Positions 22,659 through 36,683 of a stretch of 57,779 nt of DNA are shown piece by piece; position 1 is the first letter of the stretch; every line of letters starts with the position of its first letter. Origin of the DNA: Catajapyx aquilonaris (lineage: Eukaryota); the NCBI GenBank assembly GCA_000934665.2, contig KZ538121.1, positions 62,001 to 119,779 of the forward strand, in the 5' to 3' direction. The notes beneath the pieces are model-generated. The model did no database searches, was not told the origin of the DNA, and saw only the letters and a list, made by a program, of their open reading frames with translations. The position numbers were made by a program, and so were the translations under genes.

Positions 22659-25600
22659 ATGCCGGGTCACAACGAAACGGATGTGGACCACGCAGGGAAG
22701 CCCTACCTGCACGAGAGACCGCAGGTGACAAATACAACCACCTTACATTCCAGTTCGCCTTTATTTCCAACCCTGCTTGGCTCAAGGACCCAGTTCGCGA
22801 TTTTTCTTTTTTTTGCACAAATTCCCCTGGGGTAGTCTGGGAAGTTAGGGTGTGGACGGCTCTCGTGCAAAAAAAAATCGCAAAAAATTTAGCAACAATG
22901 CCACCAGTGCAGTCCAAGGCGGTCGCCAAGGTACGTGGGGTCAGTTTGGATCAGGTCCAGTTGGCGAAAATTTGTTGCGAAAAAAAGTCTAAATTGGGGA
23001 TCGGTGTGTGCGAATAACCCCCGATTTGGGCGATGTTGCGGAGATGTGTAACCTTGGCCCTGTTATTCCAAGACGTCAATTGCGCACAGCAATTACGGGC
23101 CACTTTTTGCGACAATTATTATTGTTCAATAACCGCAGGGACTTGAAACCGGAATGAACCGGACACGGGCTCTTTCTAAAGGATGGTTGTGCGCAATTGC
23201 TGTAATTTTTGTGTAATTAATATTGAATTTAATATTGGATAATATTAATATTGAATTATCGAAAAATATTGATATTGAAATATCGAAAAATATTGAATTA
23301 TTGAAAATATTGAAATTGAATAATTGTTGAAAATATTGAAATATCGAAAAATATTGAAATTGAATAATTGTTGAAAATATTGAAATATCGAAAAATATTG
23401 TAATTGAATAGTTGAAAATATTGAATTATTGAAAATATTGAAAATATTGAATTATTAAAAATATTGAAATTGGATTATCTAAAAATATTGAATTATTGAA
23501 AAATATTGATATTGAATTATTGAAATATTCGAAATATTAGTATTGAATTGTTGAAATATTCGAAATATTAGTATTGAATTGTTGAAATATTCGAAATATT
23601 AGTATTGAATTGTTGAAATATTCGAAATATTAGTATTGAATTATTCGAAATATTAGTATTGAATTATTGAAATACTAATTTTAATGTAAATATACATTGC
23701 GTGAATGCAAATTAGTGTAAATTAATATTTAATATTAGAAATTAATTCAAAAGAGAATCTGCTCGTTTACGTGAATGAAAATTAATGTCATTCCTGATTA
23801 ATTAAATTATTAAAAATTTATTTTAAAGAAAATCTGTTTGAAATGGACAGAGATGCATGGATGCTAATGAGTGTAATTGATTTTAATTAATTACAAATTA
23901 ATGTTATTAAAGAAAATATGCCCTTTCGAAAGGACAGTTTAATGTAAATTGGTGTAATTCATTCCATTATTTGAAAATAACTTACGGAAAATCTGCTCTT
24001 TCTACAAGGGATGGTTGTGCAAATTAGTGCGATTAAATTTTTAATGAATATTGATGACATTTTTGCACAACTTATTACTACAGACTGTGTAATTCATATT
24101 ATGTAATTGGACATAATTTTTTCAGATATCGTGATCTTTCTCTTTAAAGTAGTTGGCCCAGCGCAAGTTGGAAGTCTGCCCAAAACTTGCCAAAAAAAAA
24201 AAAAAAGGGCCAAAGTTTTGCATGTCGCCTGCAAATATTGATTCTGGGACACGTCCGGCCTGTAAAACTTTTATGGGAGGACACACTGTAAAAGTTGCAC
24301 CAATTCTTCAAGAGTTACGTGCACTCCAAGGATGAATTTTACGGGTCTTGCCGTAATGTTTATGTAACAAAACGGACCATACTTGAGTTCATCGCAGTCT
24401 ATCAAGAGTTATTATCTAACACTTGTGTTGTGATAATGCTCGGTGTTACGTACTATCAACTTGTTTATTACGCAATAGGTCAGAGTACTAATGGTAAATA
24501 TTGTTTACAGGAGCAGGAGGAGCGTCTGGAGCGCCTGTTCAGACAACTGGATGTGAACTCGGACGGCCGGGTTGACATCCGTGACCTGTCGACCGCCCTG
24601 ACCCAGCTGGGTCTCCCGCACGACAGCCACCATGCCAAGGAGTTCATCGAGCGGTCCGACATCACCCAGAGCGGCGACCTGTCCATGGCCGAGTTCGTCC
24701 AGTACGTCAAGGAGCACGAGAAGAAGCTCAGGCTCGTCTTCTCAAAGCTGGACCACAACAAGGACGGTCAGTTGGCGCGGCTCACTGTCCCCCTAATGTT
24801 GAACTAACCGGGACGCTTTTCGCAGGACGGCTTGATCTGGACGAGGTGGTGCGGGCCTTTAAGGATCTGGGTGTCCGGCTGCACCAGCAGGAGGCGGAGA
24901 GGCTCCTGAAGAGGTGCGTACCATCCGGTTTAATCATGGCTCGGTGTATGACCACCCTCTTATTGCGCAGGATGGACAAGGACGGCTCTCTAGAGATCAG
25001 CTTCGACGAGTGGCGCGACTATCTCCTGTTCCACCCGAGCGTCGAGCTGAAGGACATCATGCAGTATTGGAGACACGCCACGGTGAGTTGCATTATCCGG
25101 ACACTCAGCACGATCCGGACAGTGACGCAATCTGGACGAGGAAGTCATTAATTTTCCTGTTTAGCACTAGGCCAACTCGTGGCAGTTAAATGTCAGCGCA
25201 TGTACCGCCTAATGCGATTAGCCATGCCTGTTACAGCCGCATTTGTACATCACTAATTCACTTAGGCGTTACCGCCTGTGCGCATGTGATTAGGAGCTGC
25301 CCACATTTACGTACGAATGCGCAATGTTAATGTTGCAACCTGCTGAGCATTGGAAGGAATAATTCGGTGACGTTTAGCCGTTGTGACTTCGAGGTCAATA
25401 AAACATTTTGTACGATAATTTGCCACACAAGTTTGATTCGTACGAACGACATGTATTTGAAATATTGGAGGTGTATGCGTCTCATCGCAGTGTTTCTTAC
25501 AATTCAAAATAAATTATGTTTTTTTCCCCCTGCAAATATGTTTGCAAAAATTGAGCATTTCCGGCCGGATAAGCCCGAAGAACATAACCATTGTTATCAA

Positions 25601-28600
25601 TTGTCGTCAGCAACAATGGATAACAAACCGGGAGAGTATTTCCCGGAGGAGGTGACGCGCAGATTGTAATCATGTCCGAACGTACGTACTTGATGCGAAT
25701 ATTTTGCACGCAACATATTCAATTTGCATAAAAAAATTTTTTTTGCATAATTCCGTAGTAGTTGTCGTTTTGTTCGTTAGATGGCAGGGAGAGTATAATT
25801 CCGTAGTAGTTGTCGGTTTTGTTCGCTAGATGGCAGGGATTGTGCCTGTCCTGTAGTGCCGCCAAGCGGACGAACCTGGAAGCTGTCATTTTGAAATCCG
25901 GAGTCGTTCGAACCGGATCTTTTTCCTCTCCCCGGGGTGCCTCAGAATCCTTCCTTGTTGCCTCTCTCTGGGGTGGCCCTTTTCCGGGGGGTTCAGAACC
26001 CGCCCCGTAACCTTGGGTTGCAATGCGGGCAGGCGACCCTAGTGACGTCAGGCGACCAGCTGTGCAGCTGAGGAGGCGCGGCTCGTGCGTCACTCCCGCA
26101 TCACCAGGCCACGATGCCGCCTCCGGACCCTGACAATAACCGGCGTCGACTGGAGAGGTGGCGGGCCGCCCCGGTGCGATTAGGCCCCGACTCTCAGCTA
26201 ATAGAGGTGAGGGGCAGGGGGCCGGAACACCTACTTGTTCGAAATATGGTTCGAAATCGTGCCGGTGTGACGTCACCGATGTGACGTCACCACATGGCAA
26301 CACCGCATGCAGCTGCTGCTGACGCGGGGAAAGCGGGGGTCATCAGTTGGTCTGTTAAGCGCAACGTCTAGAGGTGGTCGAGGATGGTCCGTCCGCCTTC
26401 GCTGTCCATCGCGGTGTGTCCGCCCACCATGTACGAGACCTACGACGGAGGGGCAGCCGTGGCTGGACACTACGCGGAGGCCATGCTCTGCGCGGAGGAT
26501 CTCTTCGGGGTCATTTCGATGGTCGGTTACACACACACGTGGTCATATCCGGTTTTAAGGAGGGAGGGGGGGGGGGGGGGGGGGAATCNNNNNNNNNNNN
26601 GGGGGGGGGGGTGGGGGGGGGGGGGGGGGGAAGAAAAGTACGCTGTGCACCCGGTACACACCGGTTTAATGAGGGGGAAAATACTGTACATGAATGACCT
26701 TCAGTGCGTAAGGGGAACCAGGGAAAGTATGGGGCCGAATTCAGAGAGGTTGCTTAACTTAAACGCGCCCGATTAAATCCTTTTAGTCATCCTCGATTAG
26801 CAAATTTAACCAACCTGCTAATACAAAGACGGCGATCAGCGCTAAACGCCCCCTAATCGCACTTGCTAGCACTTTTGCTAATCGAGGATGACTAAAGGAT
26901 TTAATCGGCCGCGTTTACGTTAAGCAACCTCTCTGAATTCGGCCCCACAATGGGTGACCCCAAAAGTCTGCAGACATTTAAATTATTAATTAATTCTAAT
27001 TAAATTGAATTTAAAAAAAGGAAACATGATGGGCCGAATTCAGAGAGGGTGCTTAACTTAAACGCGCCCGATTAAATCCTTTAGTCATCCTCGATTAGGA
27101 AATTTAAAAAGTGCTAGCAAGTGCGATTAGGGGATGTTTAGCGCTAATCGCCGTCTTTGTATTAGCAGGTTGATTAAATTTGCTAATCGAGGATGACTAA
27201 AGGATTTAATCGGGCGCATTTACGTTAAGCAACCTCTCTGAATTTGGCCCGATATTGTCCTAGCAACCGAGAACATGTGTGTGCAGAATTTGGGGGTCAC
27301 CCGGTGAAGGCTTTTAATATTGATTAATTGCTGGTGTCCTCATTACCAGGTCGCATTTAGTTAAAAATGGGTTTCCCGAGAAGATGTGCGCAGCATCGCA
27401 GATTGGGTTATCAGCTGTTGCGTGTGCGGATGGTGAAAGTGCTTGAGAGGGCAGCGGGAAAACGATTCATGGGGAAAATCCAATCGAATTCGGAGGAAGT
27501 GATGTTTTTTATTTAATTGTCCGGTAATCAGGGGAAGTTGTTTATCAACCGGTGTGGCGATATGATTGTGAAGCCCTTGGAATTTCTCCCACATGCCTTC
27601 ATGGTTGTTTTTTTGTACACAGCTGATGGTTGGCTAGCAATGCGGCACCTGTCCCTCAGGTGAAAGTAGTAACGGGATGGAAACCTTGAAGAGCAGCAAA
27701 ACCTGACGTCGATGCCAGAAAAATGAGGGCGTGTCCCTGTATCCTTGATAGGCACGAGTACTGATTGGGTTGAGAAACTTTGCTCCCCGAGTCAAGCCGT
27801 ATCAGGCAAATTTTTGTGCCGCGCTTGCCATTCACTTGTAATGAATGAGGCGTCAGGTGCGGGGTTGAGGTAGGGTCTTAGCCGCAATGCAAGAGCATGC
27901 GTCTTGAAATAGATTCAGGAACACACACCAGTCTGAGAATAGAATTATGCCATGCTAATGATCCAGGATAAGGATCTGCCGTCCTTGGCATTGTATCCGT
28001 TTGTCTGGAACCGGTAGACATACCTGCTGGCAGCGGATTTACAATGTTTGATGGAACCAGTTATATCTGGTTCTGTTGGAGGACCAAAAATAGATGCGGC
28101 CTCTTGACCCCCAAGTCATCACCCAGTCTTGTCTCCTCGTGAAGGTCGGATTGTGACCACAGACAGGACTTTCCTCCCGTTCTGATTATTCAAGGGAACG
28201 TGTGCCAAAGGACAAGTGTCTGTGACGTCCGGGTCAGCCGCTCCTGACGTAATGTTTTTAAGCGGAAAGTAGGACAATGCTGCACCTTTAGTAATCAACA
28301 TGTTGACCACCCGATATCTGCATCGTAGACCCTTTTTTGTAAACCGGCCTAATATCGTTCGATGCACTCCAGAAGCTTCTGGCCATTCATGCGCTTTATA
28401 CGTCTTGTACCGAGTGTGTGCTAATATTTTGGCAGGGTCTGTGTAGCGGGCACTGTTCCAAGCTGTATCAAAGATGGCAACCGGGATTCACCATGTTTGT
28501 TCCTTTCAGTATTTGGACATCGGAGAGGACATCAATGTCCCGGATGACTTCACGACTGACGAGATGGTGACGGGGAAGTGGTGGAGGCACCTGGTCGCAG

Positions 28601-30183
28601 GAGGGGTGGCCGGGGCTGTCTCCCGAACATGCACCGCCCCTCTGGACCGACTCAAGGTGTTCCTGCAAGTGCACGGGATCAGCAAGTTCCACACAATCGG
28701 CGGCTGCTTGCGACATATGCTTCAGGAAGGAGGGGTGGCCAGCCTGTGGCGGGGGAACGGAATCAACGTGCTGAAGATCGCTCCCGAGTCCGCCCTGAAG
28801 TTCATGGCGTACGAGCAGGCAAAGCGGCTGATCCGCGGTCGGTCTGACCGGGAGTTGAGCATACATGAGCGGTTCATGGCCGGATCGGTCGCAGGCGGAG
28901 TGAGCCAAACGCTGATATACCCGCTAGAGGTGCTGAAGACCAGGCTTGCCCTGCGGAAGACGGGCCAGTACAAGGGGATATTCGACGCTGCCAGGCGGAT
29001 AGGGAAGAAGGAAGGCTGGAAGAGCTTCTACAGAGGCTACGTCCCCAACCTGCTTGGGATCCTGCCGTACGCAGGGATCGACCTGGCCATCTACGAGACC
29101 CTGAAGAAGACCTGGATGCGGAAGCAGGCGGAAGCAAGAGGAGGGGAAGCCCCAGTGGACCCGCCAGTGTGGCTCCTTCTGGCGTGCGGGACCGCCAGCA
29201 GCACATGCGGACAAATAGCGTCGTACCCACTGGCGCTCGTGAGGACCAGGCTGCAGGCTCAAGGTACGCAATTAACATGAGTTATTCGGATGCATTGTTC
29301 CGATCAGGATGGACATTAGCATGAGCCCAATTTAGGCTTGTTTGTCACATGCCTCATTAGTCATGCTGCCACCAGGAAGTGGTTGAAGTCATGCGCTTAT
29401 GCCTCATTTTTATATTAAATTTTTTTTTTGTGAGCTGGCTGAGGGAGATAACCTTCAAATGAGCTGGCCATGTAACAAGTGCGATGATAGTCAGTTACCC
29501 AACATGTTTTTATGGATTTGTTGTCGTTACCTTTTGGCACTGGGCATCATGTGACTTGGAAGTAAACACCGGCCAGGAAAGTGGGGATTGGGAACAACTG
29601 AATTTATTGCTGGACTAGTTAGTTTCATAGTAATCATCAATAATCCGCATCTGTTTTAAAAAACGATGTCACGGAGCAGGCAATGCAAATGCGGGACTTT
29701 GATCCAATCAGTCGGTTATCGGCGCCAGATAGTGCTTGCCCCCATTTCCATTGTTTCATCCTGCTTGTAATTCGTGACGTAATAGTTTTGTAGAACTTGT
29801 GATAGACACCGGTGCGCAAGTTCCTCCCACGTTGCTTGCTCATTAGTCCGCATCATGTGCAAACAAATGGCTTGAACCCCCATTTTGTTTGCGAAAGGCC
29901 AATGCGCATCTTGCTAGGCGGGCAGACTGCGACGTAACAAGCGATGAATTTAAGACTAATTGCTGTGTTTTTTTTCCTCTCCTTTGCAGCCGTGATGGAG
30001 ACGAACATCAGTGCTGAGAGCCAGTCGATGAGTGGTCTGTTCCGGAACATAATCCGGACCGAGGGGATGGTTGGACTGTACCGGGGGATCACCCCAAACT
30101 TCCTCAAAGTGGCACCGGCCGTCAGCATCTCGTACGTCGTGTACGAGAGATGTCGGCAAGCGCTCGGAGTCACCATGACGTGA
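22659..30183 (+). CDS. SCaMC: Calcium-binding mitochondrial ATP-Mg/Pi carrier SCaMC (SLC25A24/25 family)
   Basis: Exons 22659-22724, 24511-24766, 24826-24913, 24971-25082, 28510-29263 and 29990-30183. EF-hands ([36 protein letters not shown]) are followed by YLDIGED and three carrier repeats with Px[DE]xx[KR]-type motifs (PLDRLK, PLEVLK, PLALVR). Confidence 0.96.
23221..23680. repeat. AT-rich minisatellite (AATATTGAA-based) in SCaMC intron 1
   Basis: Many copies of AAATATTGAA(A/T)T, plus exact ~29-bp repeats GAAATATTCGAAATATTAGTATTGAATTGTT near 23520-23670. Confidence 0.9.
26384..26521 (+). CDS. Candidate alternative first coding exon of SCaMC (EF-hand-less isoform)
   Basis: GC-rich [49 protein letters not shown] ends phase 0 at ATG|GTCGGT, compatible with the phase-0 exon at 28510 (YLDIGED). 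Confidence 0.6.
26589..26600. other. Assembly gap (N run) within a poly-G tract
   Basis: 12 N bases flanked by G runs. Confidence 0.99.
26731..26946. mobile_element. MITE copy 1 (GGGGCCGAATTC termini, ~70-bp TIRs)
   Basis: GGGGCCGAATTCAGAGAGGTTGCTTAAC...GTTAAGCAACCTCTCTGAATTCGGCCCC. Confidence 0.88.
27031..27250. mobile_element. MITE copy 2 of the same family, opposite orientation, nested in an older TIR element (~26948-27306)
   Basis: Same TIRs with the internal spacer reverse-complemented and GAT on both flanks. Outer TIRs GGGTGACCCCAAAAGTCTGCAGACA / TGTGTGCAGAATTTGGGGGTCACCC. Confidence 0.85.
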
Positions 30184-31646
30184 TCCCGTGTACACACTAT
30201 TTAATTGACTGTGACTTTTTTGAGTCTCTGTGTCTCGTCTCTTTAATCTCTCTTGTCTGTTCCTCATTTATAATTAATATTATTGCTATTATTATTTTTT
30301 TTTTCTGTTTTCCCCCCCACATCCGATGCTGGGGAGATAGATATTTATTAATTGCGGGTGTCGACGGAAGGAGAAGAAGCGGGGGGAAAAAACCAAGGCT
30401 GCTTTTTTCCGCCAAAAAAATTCAGTATTCTCTCTGCCCCTGTTTCCAGAACCGCCCCCAACAATGTAGTCCTGTAGTTTCAGGGGGGAGGACAAGAGTG
30501 CCTTTCGCACCAATTTTTTCCTGCAGTGGGGTTGGAAATAATGTTGTAAGATACTTAAAAACCGCTGGTTCAATGATATTTGGTCTTTACTTAAAAAAGT
30601 TGGCTGCTTGCGGATTTTTTAAAAAACCGAAGCTTCTTTCCCCCCTTTCTCAAGCGCACAAATGCTTGTTGAATGTTGTTATCCAGGGCGCTCTCCTTTG
30701 AGTTTTTAAAAACAAAAAACAAAAAAAATCATGCATTTTACGTGAGAGAATGGTCGCCGAGCGAATGATGATTTTTTTAAAACTCAGAAGTGCCATTAGT
30801 GTTGTTTATAATATTTATCATTCGGAAAGGAAACTTGTGTTTGGGGGGGGAAAAAAAGATGGCAGTATTTGTTACTAGTCACGAGCCCTCTTATTTTTCC
30901 TGCTTTTTTATTTCCTTCTCCGATTTTTTTCGTCAACTTCTCAAAAGACCAAAGTTTCACCTTTTGCCGCCGGGAACATTATGTATTTTTACTTTTTCCG
31001 CTCAAAGTGGCAGTTTATTCAATGCAGTGGGCCTTGCTGGCAAGGTCCTTAATTATTATTTAGATGCCTTTTTTTTTTAGGTAATTGTATTGGTGACTTG
31101 GTTAACCAGAGTTAGCATTTTTCCTAGATGGGGAAGTCAACTGGTGACTTTTTTTTTTTCGGCGACATGTTTCGGCAGCTGATCATTCCCAATTTTTTTT
31201 TCCCCCCGGCTGATGCGGCACAACTGTAATCTTCGCTTGAATCGAAGGGTGGGAATTGGGGGGATGAATAAATGAAATAAACATGGTTTTGCCTCAATGC
31301 AAGAAATTATGTATATATTTTTTTGGCACAGAGACAAAAATCGTATGTTGCTTTTTTTTTCCCGCTTTGTTTTTAAATATGCGCAAAAAATTGAAAAAAA
31401 AGCTGCATGAAATCGAGGCAGGATTTCAGAAATTGGTGTGCACTGGCATAAAAAGTGCCTTTTTATACGTCCCTTCTACAAAACTACCGAAAAAAATTTC
31501 AGATCTTATTATCCACAAAAGATATTAATGATACCGTCGGGAAGGGGGGGGAAAAAGTTAACTGGATTGTCTTCCAAGGCTCGGGGGGAGTTAGAGGAAT
31601 GTGTCAAGTTCTTGCTCGTGGAAAATTAAGTGTCGGTCCCCGCGTG

Positions 31647-32928
31647 TCACTGGTCCAGCAATGAAGCTGCGGCCTGGTCCAGAATCCAGACCAGCTGTCC
31701 GTCGTGCGGCTGGACCATGCCGGCTGGAAGCGGCTCCTTGTCCTTAAGGATGCGCTGGAAGGCGGATTAATTAGTGCGATCAATTACGATGCGTACAAGG
31801 GACTTACCTTAACGACAGGCGCCTTTGATTGCCCTGCGAGTGCGAATACGCAGCAGGCGGCGTTGTTGAGCACGGGGAATGTTAGGGTGATCCTCTCCGG
31901 AGGCGGCTTCGGGGAGTCTACGACCGGAGCCACCCAAACGGACGTCTCCTCCAGGATCCGCACCTGTCCGGGGAACAACGAGCAGGTGTGTCCGTCCGGT
32001 CCAAGCCCTAAGAGAAGGATGTCGAAGCGAGGCACCTGATCTGGAGGGAAGCGCAGGGCCAGCTTCTGGATGTAATCTATCGCCGCTCCCTCCGCTGCAA
32101 ACGTCAAAAACACAAGCGATGAGACCTTGGCCGCAGTGACAAGCATGAATCATCAGCAGAATAATCACAGGAAGTGAAGTCATCCGTTATAATGCATTGT
32201 TACTAGTGCGACGTGTCAGATCGTACTGTAAAAAAAAGGAGTCGGCGACCCATAGCGTGCACTTTGGATTAGATTTGGGCATTAAAAGTTGTTTTTACAC
32301 TTTCGACCCCTTTGACCTCTTGGCCTTGGTCTCCGGCCAAGAATAGTCCGTGTCTATGACCTACAAGCAGCATTATCAGCAGGTGTACGCTACGTAGCGT
32401 TATGCGCACATGTGTACAAATCTTACTGTTGCACCAGATTCGCTGATAAAAATGGCACAACATGTTGCTCAATCGCACGACTCTTGCAAGATCTGGCGTA
32501 CATAGCATCTCCCTGTGTACCTCTAAGCGTGGGATCGACGACCACGAACTGTTCCGCGGTGAGCGGGACCTTCCCGATGATCTGGTCTTGGTACGCCTTG
32601 AACGTGGAGTCTTCGCTGGTGAACGGCACGACCCTCTCGTCGCAGAAGAACACCACCCATTTGCCCCAGTCCGTCTTGATCGTCGGCAGCCCCTCGGCCA
32701 GGAACTGAACCAGCGACCCACCTGCAACAAGGGGGGGTCAGCCGCACACATGACCTGAGGTCAAACCAAGGTCAACATACCTGAGACCCCAATCTTGAAG
32801 ACGTCTCTGGCGTCGATGGCGTCCCTGGCCCTCTCCTCTATGATCTGGGCCAGCGTCTTGGACACCTCGGACTGGCTGGACACCACCTCGACCTTGCATG
32901 ACCCTGCTGACCTGTTGTTCTCGCCCAT
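31647..32928 (-). CDS. PGLS: 6-phosphogluconolactonase
   Basis: Exons 32928-32781, 32721-32521, 32094-31808 and 31754-31647. Motifs FKIGVSGGSL, FFCDERVVP, FDILLLGLGPDGHTCSLFP, DSPKPPPERITLTFPVLN and WILDQAAASLL*. Confidence 0.97.
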
Positions 32929-33791
32929 GACCGGCGTCGTGACGGCGACGGACAGAAGAAGAAGAAAAAAGTGTTTCCGACGCTTCCGACGCTGGATGTG
33001 ACACTGTGGAATGGGGCCTCGCCGGGGAGGTGCCATGCAGGCCGGCTGTTAAAGGGACACGTGACAAGAACATGAGTGGGCAATCAGACATGTTGCACAT
33101 GCGCATGCGCTTCAATAATCACATTGCGCAACAGCCCTGCAAATTCCACCATAACTTATCAAATGCACTGGTTAATTCATTAATAAATATGTACGCTGCA
33201 ATTATGCTAAAATTTCAGTAAAAATGTGATGGAATTTGCCATCATGTAGGATTGACGCATGCGTACTGCCAGTAGCCTGTATGTGACGTTGCAAATGGAC
33301 GCCATGTTTGGTCCGTACTCACTTTGGACCAAACATGGCGCCCATTTACAACTTCCCATTTTGGGGTGCCCCAGTACGCATGCGTTGAATGTGCAAACTG
33401 GGTCATATCCGGACTAATCATGCACTAATTAATTAACACCTAATAGTAATTAGTTACGAACCTATTTATTCACACACAACCATGATTTCAGGCACAAACA
33501 TGCATATTCACAGCGTGTTGATATACACACGCATGCGTACTGAAATGGCACGATGAGGTGTCAATCTTGGTGCGGTTTCAGCGCCATCTTTGGTTTGTTT
33601 TCCCGCCAGTCCGTGTTGAAACCCGTCTGTTTGGGACGTGTGTCTCGCCCCTGGTGTTTCCCTGCCCCGGGGCCAAATTCAGTGTTCATACCAGGGGGTT
33701 ACAAGAGGGTCAGGAAAGTGACGGATGGCAGCCAAGTACAGGCGGTGCAGTTCAAGGTAAGGACAGCAGCAGGTGCAGCATTTTTTTAAAC

Positions 33792-33960
33792 TAGGCGCGG
33801 TCGAGACGCGGTCGAGACGCGGTCCAAACACCGGTCGAGACGCGGTTTGAACTTTCGTGCTATTTACACAATGGTGGAAGACTCGGGCCTTGACAGTGTT
33901 CGGCTAAGCGCGTCTCGAGCGCGTCTGGACCACAACTCGACCGCATCTCGACCGCGTCTA
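33792..33960. mobile_element. MITE-like element with CGCGGTCGAGA subterminal repeats
   Basis: TAGGCGCGGTCGAGACGCGGTCGAG ... CTCGACCGCATCTCGACCGCGTCTA. Confidence 0.75.
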
Positions 33961-34462
33961 CTGCCACTCCTTTTTTTCACCCCGATAAAGAAACGAAGTA
34001 TTGCAAATTAACTGGAATGTGAGCGACGATGCAACGAGCAATATTTCAAGGTGATAACCGATCAATCTTTGATTGCCCCCAAATAGGCAAATCCCTGGAG
34101 GCAAATCACTGGCTAATAATATTGCTGATTCGATTGGAGATTGGGGTTGAAACCATCGCTTAAATCTAAGGTGCACTGTATATACACCCGGATTTGATGT
34201 TGACTCTGCCAAAATGGCATGCAAATCAGTTTTTAAAAAATCATCGATCCGTATAAGCCGGCTGCCGATTAAGCGGAATACGAGCAATGCAGAATCGATG
34301 TACAAGTTGTATAGTCAGCTGCATGGAATAATCCAGTCTGATTATTGCAGTGCTTTCGATTCTAACCATTGGCTTTGTGTCTACAGCTCTCATATTAAAT
34401 GCGGCGCAGATTCTTAATTGAAGTCTGTGCAGTAATCGCCTGTTTATTCCTTTCCGTCCATA

Positions 34463-34739
34463 GGGTATAATGTAGATCGGGTCAGCACTGTCTGCCAACA
34501 TCGGCCCAACATCAGACGCCAACGTCGGCCCGATGTGACAAAAAGTTAACCGTTTCACATTTGCCCGACATCGCTCCCCCACCATTTGCCCGACGTCGGC
34601 AAATGACGGCGGGCCAATGTTGGGGGAGCGATGTCGGGCCAATGTAAAGCGGTTAACTTTTTGTCACATCGGGCCGACGTTGGCATCTGATGTTGGGCCG
34701 ATGTTGGCATACAGTGCTGACCCGATCTACATTATACCC
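34463..34739. mobile_element. Near-perfect palindromic MITE flanked by TA
   Basis: TA|GGGTATAATGTAGATCGGGTCAGCACTG ... CAGTGCTGACCCGATCTACATTATACCC|TA, with arms of more than 110 bp. Confidence 0.9.
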
Positions 34740-36683
34740 TATAAAGCATGCGGGATAAACTGCAATATTTAATTAGAGGTTCATCCTGCCAGTTAGTTAA
34801 CCCATGAGCCTCTCTTGTTAAACCGAAAGCCTGCTTCTCAGGGGCTCGACAAAAAATCCTTCTCTCTTGAAGGCTTCTGTCGTCAATCAGTGTCGCAAAG
34901 TTCTTCAACTCTGTGAGACTGTCGAAGCGAGAGACGTTAACTAACCGGCGACTAGTTAATGAGTAGTACAGTGTCTAATTAGCTAACTTGCTCCATCTCG
35001 AGGTGTGTTAAGAAGAAACTCTTCTCGTTACTGCATCTTTTTTGTGATATACTGTAACGTATGCGCTATGATTAATTATTATGCAGTGTGTACTATACTC
35101 TCCATGACTTATGAAGCACGTTATGGCTAAAGTTTTAACCGTTATTAATTAATAATTGCACTGGGCTTGACACTTCGTTTAGTATTCAGTACAGTACACT
35201 TCATGCAAAATAAAAATAGTGCTTGGGTGTTGCTGCCCAGCAGGTTGCTTCTCTTTCCGGTTGCTGGACTGAACAATTCCTTCTCGACACGGCAGATCCA
35301 TCACTTGTCACTGTTTTTCCTGCAAGTATCCGGAAGTGATTAGATAAAGTTTGGCCCAATCATTTGAACGAACCCTTCCGCAATTACACGTCCCTCTCCT
35401 TCCCATAATCCAAAGGGAATTGAAGTGAAGGCTACTTACTTTTTTTTTATCAATCACTCGCCTCGCACTCTGGAAGAATTTATTTTTGGAGCAGGGGCCA
35501 TAAATTAGAGGGGGACATTAAAAGGGGATTAAAGTGGATTAAATCGCCGATTCCAGTAAGTAATGGCGGTTATTATGGGCTTAATTCTTCAGAGGAGACG
35601 AACTTGGCAACACTGCACTTGGACGTAGCACCATATGCTGCACATAGATGGCGCAAAACTGATGACTCACCGCGGGCAAACAGAGGCACAGACCCATTTG
35701 CCAATTCTATATAACTAGCAGCGGACCCGTTCCCAAATTTTGGCCCACCCCAACTTGGACGTAGTACAATAGGCCACTAGCAGTTGGCGCATATGTGCCT
35801 CTGCACACTCCTGCCACTCTCAGGGAGACACGTTGGTGATGAGTCACTGCGCGGACAAAGTCTGAACCGAGTGCGCAGCATGCAAGGTTGGCAACGGTTG
35901 GCAAGCTCTCCGTACAGTGCTTATTTCCAACGCTACTCTTGGAGGGGGAACAAAATGGCCCGTTTGCGACGTTGCCAAGGCCCCGGAATGAACGTGTCAG
36001 GCCCTTTGGCAACGTTGATATGGAGTGTGCGCGAGTGTGGGTGCGCACTCGGTTGCGCTCGTAAAATAATTTCATTTCTAGTAACTGTGTGTAGCCTAAC
36101 CAAACGCTGTTTAGCGCATATACCCACTATACATAGTATTACCCTTGGCCCACTTTTGTCAGAATGTGACGACGAGGCGTGCCCCCACACAGTATATCAT
36201 GTGGATGTACCCATATAAAAATCATGAGGCTTATTAGTACCTGTTGCGTTCGATTTGTTTCGATTCGCATGGTGAGTGAAAGTGCGTGTGTTGTCAGCAT
36301 GCAGCATAAGTATGTAACGATCTGCGAGGGGTTGGCTGTATGTGTATATACGGTATGGTAGGTGTGGGGTTGGTTGAAGGAAAGCGGGGTTTTGGGGACG
36401 ACGGCGGGTGTGGGTGGGTTTGGAACTATGCTATGGGAAGGGGGGGAGGGGACACGCCCTGTCGGTGCGGCGCCGGCTATAGCCTCCTCCTCCTGGCTCC
36501 TACTGCCGCTTCTATAGTCCCCCATAGTCGCCGAGTGCGCGCCGACAAAGCCTCATCCGCGGCTTGGTAGACACAGAGAGTGGACGCGATGCCTGGCATG
36601 TGCTGTGTCGTCGTGTGGGAACACCAGACGACATAATAGGTGTCCAGGGGAGAGGGGTTGGTGCCGGGGCGGTGGGCGGCGAC

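Noticed and set aside
27600..28440. Possible decayed LINE ORF on the minus strand
   Set aside because: Coding-like composition, but I could not identify reverse transcriptase or endonuclease motifs. A profile search is needed.
31066..31087. TTTTTTTTAG|GTAATT recursive-site-like sequence
   Set aside because: It lies in the probable SCaMC 3' UTR, a T-rich region outside any long intron, and is likely chance.
30150..31630. Several 60-180 aa ORFs between SCaMC and PGLS
   Set aside because: A/T-homopolymer-rich UTR sequence with no recognisable domains or splice structure.
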